This document shows, piece after piece, positions 26,401 through 40,536 of a stretch of DNA of 64,000 bases. How positions within the stretch are numbered: the first letter of the stretch is position 1; each line of letters starts with the position of its first letter. Location of the stretch: contig OX597830.1 in assembly GCA_951406725.2 (NCBI GenBank), forward strand, positions 44,764,001-44,828,000. Reading direction: 5' to 3'. The position numbers and the translations under genes are program-made. Under the pieces are notes generated by a model, which was given only the letters and a program-made list of their open reading frames with translations, was not told the DNA's origin and did no database searches. The DNA is from Octopus vulgaris (Eukaryota).

Positions 26401-27400
26401 TTTTGTTACTGAGGTGCAACAGACGTCCGGTGTTCAAAAGAAATATTTGTGCGGCGTTTGAGTTGGTCTTAGTGGTGGCCATCCTGTATCTATTGCTTGT
26501 GGTGGCCATGTGATGGTCGGTGTGCATCCAAGTTTGTGCTTATAGCCAGTGCAGCTGCAGGAAAAATTTTTGTGCAAAGCTCAAAATGAATTATTGTTCA
26601 GCTCCTGCCTTTTTCACATCTGAATGAGGCTGACTATTTGTTGGGGTAAACACTACATCTGCATATCGTCTTTGGGCAGTAGACAGTGTGTAACCTTTCC
26701 TTTTGTCCTCTTCATGGAAAAAAAGTATTGCTTTGGGCTTGTGCAGTTTTCGTAGGACTCTTTGCACTATCATCGCCACACTAGACGTTCTCTTAAAGGT
26801 AAAATCTGCAAATGTTTCTGCTTTTACTTTTGTAACTTCTATGTTTTTTGTTTTGCTCCAAAATATTTTGTCTTTTCTTCGTTTCCTTTGTTTTTCACTT
26901 CTCGTTTTTCCTTGTTTCTGACAGCTTTTTTTTTGTCAATTACGTGTTTTGGTTTTCCTTTTTCAGCTCTATTAAATCATTGATTGTCTAAAGTGATGGG
27001 GCAGGGTCAGTAACAGTGTTTCCTTCATTTGCAGGTCTCTCAGTCGTGGCTTAGGTTTTGTCCTTTTGAGAGACCGTTGAATCCTTGAGGTTACATCCAT
27101 CTTTTTAACATTATTGGTGTAATCAGATACCCAGAATGGTGTCAAGAGTGTCGATGGGCTGTCTAATGAAAGCATAGGAATGGAGGAATTACAGTTTCTT
27201 CCGATCTGGGCCGTGGTTCTGGGAATATCATTACTTGTTAATGCCGCTGCGATGATGTTGTTTAGGGGAACTTCGTCGGTAATTTTCCAGGCTCGCACAA
27301 ATAATTGCAGTTCCTTCGTTATCCAAATAATAGCAGTGAAAAATAAATTGCAATATAGATACCATTAATTTTCCTTTCTTGACAACTGGATAAGAGTGGC
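23465..27400 (-). mobile_element. Decayed CR1/L2-like LINE (endonuclease and RT, possibly ORF1 remnant)
   Basis: Minus-strand motifs YRPP, LLGDFNFP, GWILRTFRTREKETM, LDYCS, LEAIQR, LFNILPK..FKMKLD; heavily frameshifted. Confidence 0.85.
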
Positions 27401-29299
27401 ATCACGTGCTCCTTTCCCAAAAGTTTGATATTCCCTCTGTAGAGAATCAGCTGAAATATAGATTTGGTTCATTTTACTCCCAAAGCATACTTGCCATCGC
27501 GAAGGCTTGTTTTAATGAATTCTTACTCATCAGTATTTTTCTGGAACATGTGGACAGTAAAAGCACTTTTCCGGAATGCTGTACTCATTGACGTGATTTA
27601 TATAACCCTAGATTGAAACCGCAACATCTTGAATCAAACAATGTTTACGAAACTTTTCTTGAGTTTTCGCTATGAAGATTTATTGCTTTGGTTGTTGCTA
27701 ATGTTTTCAAGATGAGTTTGTTGAGACTGTCGAGCGTCGGCTGCTGTTCTGAAAGGCGCCTTTCAAATGAAATATTTTCTTATCCTTAACCACAGTCCGG
27801 CTAGTCCTTCTGTGTCTATCACAACATAATCACCCTGATGTCATCTTGTGCCTTATAAATTTGTTGAATCAGAATCCTATGAGAATATAACTGTATCATA
27901 ATGTTCTAATTCTTCAAAAGCTGACTCTTTAAGGTCCTTTGTCTCTGAAGGATATTCATCATCTTTGGTTACTTCAGCAAGGTTCCTTCTTATGAATTAA
28001 CGTATATCCATATATTGTACTGAATCTACAATAAAGAATTAACAGCTTGTATGTACGTGTTATATAAAATAATGATCAAGACGTTTCAGCACCTTGAAAC
28101 ATAAATTTCTCTAACGTTGTTGTATCAACACTAAAAAGAAACCAGCAGTATCATCTCATTATCATTATTAAATAAATTATTATTCTTTTAATTTCCCCAT
28201 GTTTGGTCAAACATTTGGTATCTAAACCTTCCAACAGTTACTTGAATAACTGCTGCCATTAAGGACAATTAGTTCCTTCCGTTCAAAGATACTCTCCAGA
28301 GTGCTTGAAACCTCACATGTGAAGCAGAACGCCATTTTCAGGAGAAGTATGAGAGTGCACTCGAAGTATTGTCGCGCATACTTGAAAACAAAATGCATAA
28401 CAGACACCATGCTATTATATACGTTGCTAGTGCAGTAAGAATCTGTCTTTTTCGGAGAGGGTAATGCAAAAGAAACCTTAGAGAAAAAAGGAGAGAGAGA
28501 GAAAGAAAGCTGCCTGTCTTGTAATTCCTCTACCAGCATGGTTTGTCCTTAGCCAATGATATAAAAATACAAGACACATTTTACATATTGATATATTTTA
28601 TCATTATGTGTTTGGCAAAGAAATACGAGAGACGGGAAAAGAAAATTACTTCAAGATTCTATTTTCAAGAACTGATTTTATAGATTGGGGGCTAGATTTA
28701 GGGAAATGTTCTTCGGGTAGGGCGAAGAGGATCGGATGGGGTGGAACCAGATAACTTCCCGGATTCCCGTTCGTTTAATCCCATTAATGGGGTTAACTGG
28801 GTGGATATAGAGTTTGGAGGTGTATGATGGTGTCTGTTTCGGTGGGTTATGGTGTATATCGGATTTGGGGTCATCTGGGTAGGAAAGGAGAATCGTTTGT
28901 TAGGTCATCTGATACTCTGAAATTTGGACGGGTATTGGAGGGGTGGGATAGGAGGAATTTTACGCTTTTTACGTTTTTACTCAACATAGCCCCCAGCTCC
29001 ACACATATAAACCCAAAATACCAATTAAGCTCCTTAACAGCACTAACCCCCATAACTCCAACTATAATTCCACTTCTAACACCTGATCCTTAAATTTACC
29101 ACAACGCCCAACTTGTAAAAATAGAGAACAACACAGAAGATACCACCGGACACAATAATCATCATATTTTACATCTCTACAGCACCACCCTCAACTCCTT
29201 AACAAGCACTGATCTTAACGCCAGCAATAAAACCAAACTTAACACCGATTCCTCACTAAATAGCAATCCCCTCTTAAGGTCATCCAGAACATCCCCTAC

Positions 29300-29725
29300 A
29301 GATCTACGCTGCCGCAGACGCCCAGCCTCCTGTCATTTAGATAACTGCTGTCTCACAAGAAACGTAGTTTATAGTGTACAGTATCATATGCCAACAGTAA
29401 CTCCATTTCTATTGACTCATGTAGCATCACCTTCAAAGCTAGAGTGAGCGACCACTGCTCCAGCTTCAAGTCCCAAACAGAATCAACGGCATGTCTTTAC
29501 CTCAGCTTTTCAATTAACAAAAAAGTTTGATTCAACTCTTTACATTCTCAAGGGGTCCATTGTCACCCACGCCAAGCCATACATCAGCTATAATAACAAG
29601 TTTGATCCCTGCACAGCCGAGATCTTGGCTACTTTGCAATCCACGAACTATCTTAATGAACGCAATAGTATAATATCTACCTACAAACATCGGTCACTAA
29701 ATCTATTCTCAAAATACAAATAATA
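29300..29725 (+). mobile_element. Penelope-like element C-terminal (GIY-YIG endonuclease region) remnant
   Basis: CHLDNCCLTRNVVY ... IVTHAKPY...CTAEI...LNERNSIISTYKH follows the Penelope endonuclease C-terminal pattern. Confidence 0.65.
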
Positions 29726-30559
29726 ACAAACCCAGCCCGCTTTTTCTCCCCTAACTTTTATAAATTTTCCCTCTTTTTCGTAAACTTATAAGTACATACG
29801 CCATTATGCACTACACCACTTCGTACTGTAAACACGCTCAACACACACTATATACATTCCTCTATTGAAAAAAACCTATAGTAGCCGCCACGATTCTTCC
29901 CCTCCTTTTCTTACTTTCTACATGCATATATATTTTTCTCCCCACCACCCCACATTGACCAAAAGCATTTCCCCACCCTTTTCCCTCCATATTATTTTTT
30001 ATAATGCCACACTCTTTGCTAATTTTTGTGATTAAGTCACCGGTCAAATGACGATGCTTAAATTAATCACTCTATCTTGCTTTCTTCATACGCACTTTCT
30101 TTCCCCACCTTGATCAAAAATATTTTCCCCGCCTCCTCCATCCAAATTATCTTTTTTACAAATACCACTCCCCTTGCTAATTTCTGTGATTCAGCCAAAA
30201 CAGATCTATTGATTATAACCGATCATATGCCCTTGCTTAAAATCCTTTTTTTCTCTCACTTCCTTATATTTTCTTGCTCTTTTCCCTTGTTTTACATTAA
30301 TATTCTCCTCCCTTTCTGTGCTCTCTACACATTTCGATTGAATATTCCATGCGGCAACATGTACCTACTTGCGACAATGTAACCTTTAATTGAATCAGGA
30401 TATCCTTGTCATAAAGACTAGCCTGCGTTATATACCTCGCTTGGATATTTACCACTTCTGAGATTCTGCTCGCTATGAAACATATCTAGCCCAGATCTTA
30501 TCTACTCTATGCTATAACTCTTATTCGCACACCTGCAATCATGGTCACCTACTGTGAAA

Positions 30560-30567
30560 TATAAAAG
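30560..30567 (+). promoter_or_regulatory. Candidate TATA box of gene copy B
   Basis: TATAAAAG 113 nt upstream of the proposed ATG at 30673. Confidence 0.5.
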
Positions 30568-30672
30568 AACATGTTACGAAGTTGATATAATGATTCTCCT
30601 TCATTAAGAAGATAAATTTAAATTAGTAACATCTGGTTCTTGACAGTCATTTCTACCTAGAAAAGAGACAGG

Positions 30673-30703
30673 ATGCTGCAGAGGAATTACCTTCAAATTA
30701 TTT
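30673..30703 (+). CDS. Gene copy B exon 1: start of signal peptide (MLQRNYLQII, phase 1)
   Basis: aggATG context, 31 nt, donor gtatgt; joins exon 2 in frame to give MLQRNYLQIIFLFYISLTFGNG. Confidence 0.75.
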
Positions 30704-30773
30704 GTATGTAAACGTTTTATTGTATAATTAATATATTACGTTTTTAATTATTTAAGAGTTAAACCATCACGAC

Positions 30774-30823
<50 letters not shown>

Positions 30824-30828
30824 GATAG

Positions 30829-30863
<35 letters not shown>

Positions 30864-31010
30864 GTAGATAGATAGATATATAGATAGATAGACAGACAGA
30901 TAGATAGAGATATATGTGTGTATGTGTGTGTGTGTATGTATAGATAGTAGATAAATAGATAGATAGATAGATAGATAGACAGACAGATAGATAGATATAT
31001 ATATATGTGT

Positions 31011-31091
<81 letters not shown>

Positions 31092-32038
31092 TGTGTGTGT
31101 GTAGAAGGTTGAAAAGTAACACACGAGTTGACATGTATAAGGAAAATAAGGCAAGGTAGAAAATGCTAAAATAATTTTATCATGAAATACATTTTGTAAA
31201 GGAATAGATCACCAGGAAGGATGTGGTCAACTTTCATTATATATTTGGTTATATAATCTGCGTTCCGCATACAGAAGGAAGTGCTACAAAACTTGTCATC
31301 GTCTTATTTTAAATCAATGCCTATTCAGTGAGTAATTTTCACACCAAACTTATATTCTATGATCTGGTTAAATACGTATTAGACTATATTTCCCAACGGA
31401 TACCTGATAAGTCCAAAACATGTTCGGATTTAACCCCAAACCTACAAAACATTAGATTCGTTCCCCCACTGCTTACTTCTATATCATTTTTAATCAATTT
31501 CAATTTCGGAATGTCTCTCCCTTCCATTTCTTCACAACGGTTATCTTAAAATCAGATAATTGTTTTTCTCTCTCCATTGCATGCGTAATTCCAGTTAATT
31601 TAACATTCTTTTTGGTTCACTACATTCGCTCTTTATCCCGCTCTTAATATATGTAATACTTTCACTAAAGTTTCTGAAGTGTCTAGAATTTTCTATTCCA
31701 AGAAATACTGATGCTTCTTATCTCGATTGAAACAACATTTCCTTTTCTTTCTTCATCTTCTCCTCTTTCTATCTCTGTTCCTCTCTCTTTATCTCGCTCT
31801 CACCCCTCCTCTCCCTCTCCTTTTGTTTATCTTTCTATCCCTCTCCAATTTATCGCTCTCCCTCATTATTTCAATGGATAATTTTATGCTGATGTAGTGG
31901 TGGTCTTCGTCGTATTTGTTATCGAATTATGCTTGTAGCACTTCTCTTTCCTATTCATTTCATCTTTATTCTTTGTAAATGAATGTTAAACGTGAATATG
32001 AAATATGAAATATTTTACAAAATAAATTTTCGTTGCAG

Positions 32039-32074
32039 TTCTCTTCTACATCTCATTGACATTTGGAAATGGAC
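32039..32074 (+). CDS. Gene copy B exon 2: 36-nt micro-exon (FLFYISLTFGNG)
   Basis: Acceptor ttttcgttgcag and donor gtgagt; phase 1-1. Confidence 0.87.
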
Positions 32075-32633
32075 GTGAGTAGATTTATATCAATATATAG
32101 ACCTATATCTATGAAAATTATGAAAATCATTACACAAACATTTAATTTATAAATTCAATACAGGAAAATATTTTCCTCTTCAAAGTAAATTAGTTGAAAA
32201 GAAAATTTATAATTTTTAGTTCAATACAGCCGCATGATGACGAATTCACTTCTTAGCATAATTTCCATTGATTATAATTCAGTTTTTCGTCAGTTTGTAA
32301 GCATTTTCTTAAATATAACAAAGTGCTGACATTGGGGCAAACTTTACAACACACAACCGTTAAGCATTATAGAACATAGCATATGAGTAATTTAAATATG
32401 AGAATTAATTAATTAAAAACTCATTTGCAGTCATTTTGATTAAACAGATAATATATTCCAAGATGCTTTGTACCTACACTATGGTAGTAACAACTTTATC
32501 ACTTCTTCCTGGTAAAAATATCAATATTGATCCTCAAACTTTTAATATTCTATTTCTTTATATTATCTATTTTCACAATCTTTAATTTTCCTCGTCCTAT
32601 TTTGGTTGTTTAATTTGTCTGGCTTTGTTACAG

Positions 32634-32891
32634 TTGAATATCTGAAGTATTTTATAAAAGTACAACACTGTGATCTGAAAGATGGTAAAACATTGATGAG
32701 ACTTGACGTGGATAACTCCAGCTGTTCGAAGAGGTGTTTTGAAATTTCTACATGCAAATCCTTCGTGAGTAGAGCGATAAATCCAAGCTGTATTTTATAC
32801 GAAGATGACACATCAGAGAAGACACTAATAAAAGCAAATAATACCTATTTTTATCAGTTAAGAAGAACTGTGCCGACCAAGTATAGAGACG
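32634..32891 (+). CDS. Gene copy B exon 3: PAN/apple-like domain 1
   Basis: Acceptor tttgttacag and donor gtaaac; 258 nt; CSKRCFEISTCKSFVSRAINPSC. Confidence 0.9.
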
Positions 32892-33182
32892 GTAAACAAA
32901 TTTATTTCATTCCTTGACTTGTATTCTATGTTTTAGTCGAAAGAGAGACAATACTGTCGTCATTTGAAAAGTCTACGATTTATCTGGTCAATGTAGAATG
33001 GTATCTGTAGATAAAAAATTGGTTGTAGAGTTTTCGTTCCAGAGTGTCATGGTTCTAATAAAGTTTTGATTGATGCGTTTAGCACACATTTTCGGATTGA
33101 GACACAAGATTGTCAAAGAGAGTAGTAGTAGTAGTAGTAGTGGTAGTAGTTGTAGTAGTTGTAGTAGTAGTAGTAGTAGTAA

Positions 33183-33238
<56 letters not shown>

Positions 33239-33690
33239 ATTTTTAAAAAATTTTCTCTACTATAATTACAATACTTGAAATTCAATTCTGTTTTGACACG
33301 TCATCAGTTGCAAAGACACTGCTTATATACCTAATATTACTAACGGTTTAGGGTAGAGGGGGATGGTTTTATCAGTCATCATTGACAGTTAGAAACAGTT
33401 AGAAATTTTTTGAAAAGCAAGAAACAGGATTAGGTTCATCCGCGGGAAGAAAAGCCTACAGAAAAGACCACGGAAACCCCAGGCAGGGAGGAAATAAACA
33501 CATGAGAGCAATGTGCTCTCTCTCTTTTACGATTTACAGGATCATGCTTAAAATGGTTTCGTCACTCGCGCGCACCATCTTTGCTACATTCACCCACCTT
33601 ATTTTGAAACTTTCGTGAGACAAAACCTGCCTCTCCATTCTCACCTTCCTTTTCAAGTGGTACTTGAAAAAGTTGATGAGCGATTGGCCT

Positions 33691-33773
<83 letters not shown>

Positions 33774-33922
33774 GGATTGATTGATGGATAGATAGATGGA
33801 TTGATGGATAGAGAGAGAGAGAGAGATTGAGATAGAGATACAGAGAGAGTGTGAGAGAGAGAGTGAGAGAGAGAGTGAAAGATAGATAGATTCACCCTAT
33901 AATTCAACCCATAATTGCCCAC

Positions 33923-33995
33923 GGGCATATGGCATAGTGGTTAAGAGCACGGGCTACTAACCCCAAGACTCCAAGTTCGATTCCAAGCAGTGACC

Positions 33996-34071
<76 letters not shown>

Positions 34072-34194
34072 CAACAACAACAACAACATCGAAAAATACC
34101 TTAGGAATGAGAACCCAGGTTCGAAAATCCCCAAGACACCTGAAGAAGGCTGGAGGGTATATCAGCCGAAACGCTGTGTTAACAACAAGCAAGA
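33923..34194 (+). mobile_element. tRNA-derived SINE with internal (AAT)n and hammerhead-like tail; probably continues at 37171-37216 after a LINE insertion
   Basis: A box TGGCATAGTGG, B box GTTCGATTCC (33975-33984), (AAT)n/(AAC)n tract, CTGAAGA..GAAA core; tgtaaataa repeats at ~37195-37215. Confidence 0.75.
34135..34180 (+). ncRNA. Minimal type I hammerhead-ribozyme-like motif, probably mutated in this copy
   Basis: Stem I GACAC/GTGTT, core CTGAAGA plus an extra A, stem II GGCTG/CAGCC, then GAAA and CGC-T in place of CGT-H. Confidence 0.55.
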
Positions 34195-37170
34195 ACAATC
34201 AGCCATCCCCTGTATATCATCATCTGAAATCCAGATATAAACTGCTGTCCTTGAATGCCCGTAGTTTATGCAACAAGGTGCATCTTTTTGTCTCCTACGT
34301 CAAAAGTATCAACCCAGATTTCATCACAGTCACGGAAACGTAGGCACACTCTGCACTCTGTGATGGAGTTTTCAGCATAGCCGGCTACAACCTGTTCCGC
34401 AAAGACCGCATTAATTGCCGTGGAGCGGGTGTGATGATTTATGTTCGATCAAGTCTATCGGCAATCCCCTGTGATGATTTGAACCAATCTCAGCAGGAGG
34501 TATTTTTCTGCAATGTACACATGACCATGTCAACACTTCTGCTCGGAGTCGTTTACCGTCCTCCAAATTATCGCCAAGACGCACAGCTTTTTGATATCCT
34601 CAGGGCGGCTGCCATGAAAACAGCCACATATGTGTATGTTGCGGGGGACTTCAATTTCCCTGAGATTGACTGGGAGGCCTTCCGTTGGCCGCAAAGTGCA
34701 GACGTTTTCCTTGAACTGGTGCTGAATTCAAATTGGTCCCAAGTTGTTACCTCCCCCACAAGGGGTAACAACACTTTGGATCTGCTACTTACCGCTTCTC
34801 CTGAAACAATCATTAGTGTCGCTACCGAAGAACCTTTGGGTAACTCTGATCATTCCATGATCGTGGCCGACTTGTCTCTGATTGGTTGTAACAAAAAACA
34901 CAACCATCTTCAGATTGCTCGCTTTGACTGGAATAAAGCAAACTGGAGCTCTTATTGTACTGAGCTGCAACGCCCAAACTGGCGCGAATTTTATGCCTCT
35001 GGAGATGTGGACACTATACTCCAGAACATTCTGAATTCAATATGGGCAGCATGTGCAGCATCAGTACCACACAAGCACAAAAAACCACCCAATAGTGCAA
35101 TTTGGGAGACTGCAGCAGTCCGACTTGCCAGGAAAGAACGCCGTAATGCTGAACGGGAATACAAATTGCACAAATCAGAGAGCAACAGGAAAAAGCGCAA
35201 TAGGTCAGCCAACCACCTCAAGCAGGTGACAAAAAAGTCAGTGCTTGAATTTGAACAACGCATTGCAGCTAACCCTGACAGCAAAGGGTTCTGGAAGTAT
35301 GTGCACTCAAAGCATAGACCCCACTCTCCAGTTGGTCCCCTTCGCAATCCCCACACAGGACAGATTACTGGCAATCCCGAAGAATGTGCAGAAATCATTG
35401 CTGGATGCTATGCCGGCATCTTTACTGTCGAAGATCAAAATGTTCCATCTTCATCACCACTGACATCGGACTCTATATCTTCTATGCAATTTACACCAGC
35501 AATGCTGCAACGCCACCTAAAGAATAAACGCAATTATGCCTCTCCTGGTCTCGATGGTGTTACATACCTACTTCTCAAACGCGGTGGGTACTTTCTTCTA
35601 AGCCAACTTTCTCTATTCTTCCAATTCTGTCTTGACAATGGTGTTACTCCAGAACAGTGGAAAACTGCCAGTGTCATCCCTCTGTTCAAAAAAGGCGACC
35701 GCACATCGCCTGTCAACTATCGCCCCGTCAGTCTTACTAGCTGCATCGCCAAACTGATGGAATCCTGTATCAGAGAAACCCTCTGGAACTTCTGGAAGTC
35801 TCACAGCCTCATCCAGCCGTCACAATTCGGATTTATTCCTAACTCCAGCTGCTGTAATAAACTCATCGAGTTTCTTGAGGACGTTACCCAAATCACTGAT
35901 CGCGGATCCTGGGTGGATATTGTTTACCTGGACTTTGCTAAGGCTTTTAACTCTGTGCCACACAAAATACTTATGGTGAAGCTTTCTGCGTTGGGTGTAA
36001 GAGACGAACTCTATAACTGGTTAAAGTCCTTTATTTTCGGCCGAAAAGAGGTTGTCACAGTTCTAGGACAGCACTCTTTGCCCTAGGAGATGACATCTGG
36101 TGTGTCGCAAGGATCTGTTCTTGGCCCCCTTTTATTTGTTGCATATGTTAATGACATAGATGCCAACTTAAAGAATGCCACAGTGCTGAAATATGCAGAT
36201 GACATCAAGCTGTACCTCGAAATAAAGAGGTCAAATCCTGTACACTATGAATCTCTATTGCAAGCAGACCTGGACACAATGCAGCAGTGGATCATGGACT
36301 GGCAACTCAAGCTGGCTGTGGACAAATGTACCACCATGCATTTTGGGAGGAGAAACCCAGCGTCCACCTACTCCCTCCACAACACTAGTCTCAAAAATTC
36401 TTCAAGTGAACGTGACCTGGGTGTTATTGTCGACAGTGATTTGCGTTGGACAAAACACATCGCTAAAATTGTCAAGAAGGCTGAGGGTGTCTTGGCATCA
36501 CTCACCAAATCCTTTGTGAGCCGCTCTCCGGCTATCTATCTGCGGCTTTATATAGCTATGGTAAGACCTCACCTGGAATTTGCATCACCGGTCTGGAACC
36601 CCTATCTTGCCCAGGACATCAATCGTCTGGAAGCCGTTCAGCGACGTGCAACCAAAAGAATACCCTCCATCAGGCATTTGCCATATCCTGAACGCCTTAC
36701 TTCCCTGGGCATGGACACATTGAAACTCCGACGTCTGGCAGCTGACTTGGCAGACACCCATGTTAAAATTATCAACCATCGCACAAACAATAACTCTGAG
36801 CACCTCTTCAAACTCCACCCATCTAACACCCGTGGACATATTTACAAAGTAAGAAAACAGCACAGCTCCCATGACTTCAGGAAACATTTTTTCACGCTGA
36901 GAGTTGCTGAAGCATGGAACAAACTGCCGGCATCGGTTGTTAGTTGTCGGAGCACTGCATCCTTCAAAACTTCCATGCTTCCTGAGATTCGCCAACACTA
37001 CACTTGATTTTCTCCCCTCCATACACACACAAGCATGTATCTGACTCATACACTGTTCACTTTCCAGACATTTCTACATTACTGCATGTACTTTATATGC
37101 ACTTTCTGACAAGTTGTGGTGCACCTGAGCACTGTATACAATAATTTCATTATTATTATTATTATTATTT
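34195..37170 (+). mobile_element. CR1/L2-group LINE with nearly intact ORF2 (endonuclease and RT)
   Basis: One reading frame (SLNARSL..VTET*, YRPP, GDFNFP, LDLLL, LGNSDH, YRPVSLTS, YLDFAKAF, GVSQGSVLGPLLF, YADD) with two TAG stops (34341-34343, 36084-36086); (ATT)n tail. Confidence 0.95.
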
Positions 37171-37259
37171 AAGTTGAGGACAAATATCCGTCGAATGTAA
37201 ATAATGTAAATAATGTTAGCCTAATAGTTTCTAGTGAGCAAGCTTTGATCTTGTATCGC

Positions 37260-39530
37260 CAATATGAAACCTTCAGTCCCTGCTTTCAGCCCTGAGCTTC
37301 TCAGCTACTGATGGTATATACCAGTATTTCGGCTTCGAAGTATATACCATCCATGCAGGGGCTTCTCGCTCCACTGCTCCTCAATTTTTTTCTGTCTATT
37401 CTTTTGTGCAGTCTGATTGATTCGTTTTAATTATTTGGTGGAAATGGTTACAGGTTCTTCATCTAATTCAGAGTTGATGCCTAGTTTCCTTGCGAATGTG
37501 TGCAAGCTTCCTTGACAATAGAGCGTGTTTTTTGTTTACTGTTTTCTTGTTTGCACGAAATAAATACTTGTTCATTACTATAGTGGAGGTCTTATAGCAC
37601 AGTTCTACCTACATCGTTCTTCTTCCCCCATTACTTCTAGGTATGTACAGACGATCAACGTCTGTTTTGAGATTGTGTATATTTTTAGATATTAGTAGTT
37701 TTCTTGTCTTTCTGTTCAGGTGTAGGAACTCTGTTAGATTCCAGTTAATGATGTTAAAACTGTATTGGACTACTGGAAGTGTTAGGGTGTTAATGGCTTC
37801 GTGATTTTTCGAGTTCAGTTCAGTTTTCAGTATGTCATTCTCTAGAAGTACTCCTTTCTTATTTTTTTCTTCATGGTAATATGCTGTACACCATCTCCTT
37901 CTTTTATCCCCAACTTTCTTGTGGGTCAAGTTCCTTGATGATAGCGACGGTATCAAATTTAATGGTATGTTTGTTTGAGCTTGCCTCTGACAAAAGTTGC
38001 TTTAGCACATTTATCAAGGCCGAAATCCATCCCGACATCATTGCTAAACTTTTTAACAGTTGTTCACAGCCCTACTCGCCTTTCTTCATCATCTCTAGCA
38101 AACAAATTCAGATTGTCAAAATAAAACAGTTAATTATAGTGTTTTAAACTTTGTACCTGGTGTTATTCAGTTCGTTTGAGAGTGGGATCAGTGGCATGCA
38201 AAGGAGTAATAGAGCGAGGGAGTCACCTTGAAAGATGTATCGTTTGATGTTGTTAAATCATTCGCCTTATTTCTTGAGAGTTGTCTAAGAGCAAAGTTAT
38301 ATATCATGGTTATGTTGTTTACTTTTTATGCCGTTTGAGAACTTTGCCAGTGGTTCTCTATTGATCATGTCAGTAAACTCAATCTTGCTGAGTTCTCCTT
38401 TAACTTCAGTTGCTTCTATGATCTTTTCTTTATTATTCACCTCAAATTCCGTGTAACATCTATTCTGGTGTTCTTGAGGAAGGTCTACTTTCTCCTTTTT
38501 TCCGCATATCTGTTCTTTGCTATTCTTCAGCTCCCTCGTTGGGATGTACTGCTCGTACACTGGGTTCTGTTCATATGTTACCTATTTCATCTGCATTGTT
38601 GCTATTTTCATTTGGTCTACTATGAGATATTTGTATCTTAATTTTGTTAATTTCAGCATCAGTTAACCTTTTATTCTTAATGATGTCTCTGCGTAAATTA
38701 CTTAATTTATTTGCATCTATATATCTACGTACTTCATATGTCTTAAGATCTGTCTAAGAGCAATATTACATATCATGAGTAGTTGGGGATTTTTTTAATG
38801 TTGTTTGAGAGCTTTAGTAGCGGTTATCTATTGAACATGTCAGAAAACTCAGTCTTGCTAAGATTCTCTCATAAAATCTTATTTTGCTTCTATGATCTTT
38901 CTTTTATTATTCACCTCAAATTCTGTGCCATACCTATTCTGGTGTTCTTAAGATAAGTCTACTTTCTCTTCTTTTTCCGCATACCTCTTCGCTATTTTTT
39001 CTTCTGCTTCCTCGCTGGGAAGAACTGCTCGTACATTGGGTTCTGTGCATCTGTTACCTATTTCATCTGCATTGTTGCTGCTTTTATTTGGTCTGCCAGG
39101 AGATATTTGTCTCCTAATTTGGCTAATTTCAGCGCCAGTTAAACTATTATTCTTAATTATTCTCTACGTACATTACTTAATTCATTTGCCTCAATATATC
39201 TGCGTAAATCGTTGCCTACTAAGTTTTCCCATGAAGTCTATGTTTGTACAATGCAATTATAGTAAGGTTTTTGTTGCGCTGTAAAGAAAGCTTTCAACAC
39301 ATCTCTATAATCCTCTCTAGTCCATTTTATCCGTTTTGCTTTAGATGGTGATTTTGGTACTGTCACTACAGGTCTAGGGTTAGGGTTATCCTGGTTCTGG
39401 TTACTAGTAGTTCAATTTTTTTGAGAGCTTGTTCCAGCAGAAGACTTCTCGACACCAGTCTAGTTCCCCACTGGATAACGCGGTCCTTGTCCCGGGCGAT
39501 GACTGATCCGGCATTAGTTTTGACTTGTCA
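37260..39530 (-). mobile_element. Decayed, internally deleted R4-like LINE
   Basis: IFQGDSLALLLLCMPLIPLS, TELNSKNHEAINTLTLPVVQYSF..W, DVDRLYIPRSNGGR; N-terminal KRIKWTREDY. Confidence 0.75.
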
Positions 39531-39742
39531 TTAAAGCATTGACAGTGACAATAAGAGACAGGTGTGTTTGTTCAAGGTTGACTTTTTGACATGTCACCCT
39601 TTTCTTGTTCTTCCAATGAATATATTTATCGTGCTGTAGGCTGATAGATCGGAATTCGCCTCTACATTTTTGGTAACTGTTTCCGAGCATAACTGTTTTA
39701 AAGTGACTAAGTTGCGCCTTTTATTATTATCATTATTATTAC

Positions 39743-39853
<111 letters not shown>

Positions 39854-40365
39854 CATCATCATCATCATTATTATTATTTCTACTACTACTACTATTATTA
39901 TTATCATTATTGAATGAGAGAGTAGCGCATGCCATCAAAACGATACTGGGATAAAATATACGAAGCCCAGTATACCCAACATGACCTTCTGTCTGATACA
40001 TGCCTCACAACTATATGTGCGCGACATGGTAAGCTCATGTCAAAATAAGCAGCTCATGACCTTGCAGGTGAGGCCCAGTTAGAATTTTCTATAGAGATAT
40101 TGCAATCCATGTGTTTACATTTTCACGCACGTGTTGTGGTGGCGGCGTATCTGAGGGAAATTATTTTTTGTATATATATATACTCCAGTTTCCTGAGATG
40201 GCTTACATAAGAATATAGCTTCCTTTCATTATTTTTGTGGACTCTTAATTCCTGGTTCGTGATGGTTCCAGATTTGATATAATCTTCCCGGCAGTTCGGT
40301 GTCACACGTCCATGCTGCTTGCTATTCGCTGCGGTATCTTTCGTATTCATAATAATAATAATTAA

Positions 40366-40396
<31 letters not shown>

Positions 40397-40455
40397 TTGA
40401 TAATAATAATAATTAAAATAATAATAATGATAATGATAATAATAATAATAATTAA

Positions 40456-40536
<81 letters not shown>

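Noticed and set aside
27560-27780. Faint similarity to 53480-53710 as an extension of the gene duplication
   Set aside because: Too weak to align by eye; more likely decayed repeat sequence.
33923-33996. tRNA gene
   Set aside because: A and B boxes are present but the acceptor and T stems do not pair well; it is a SINE head.
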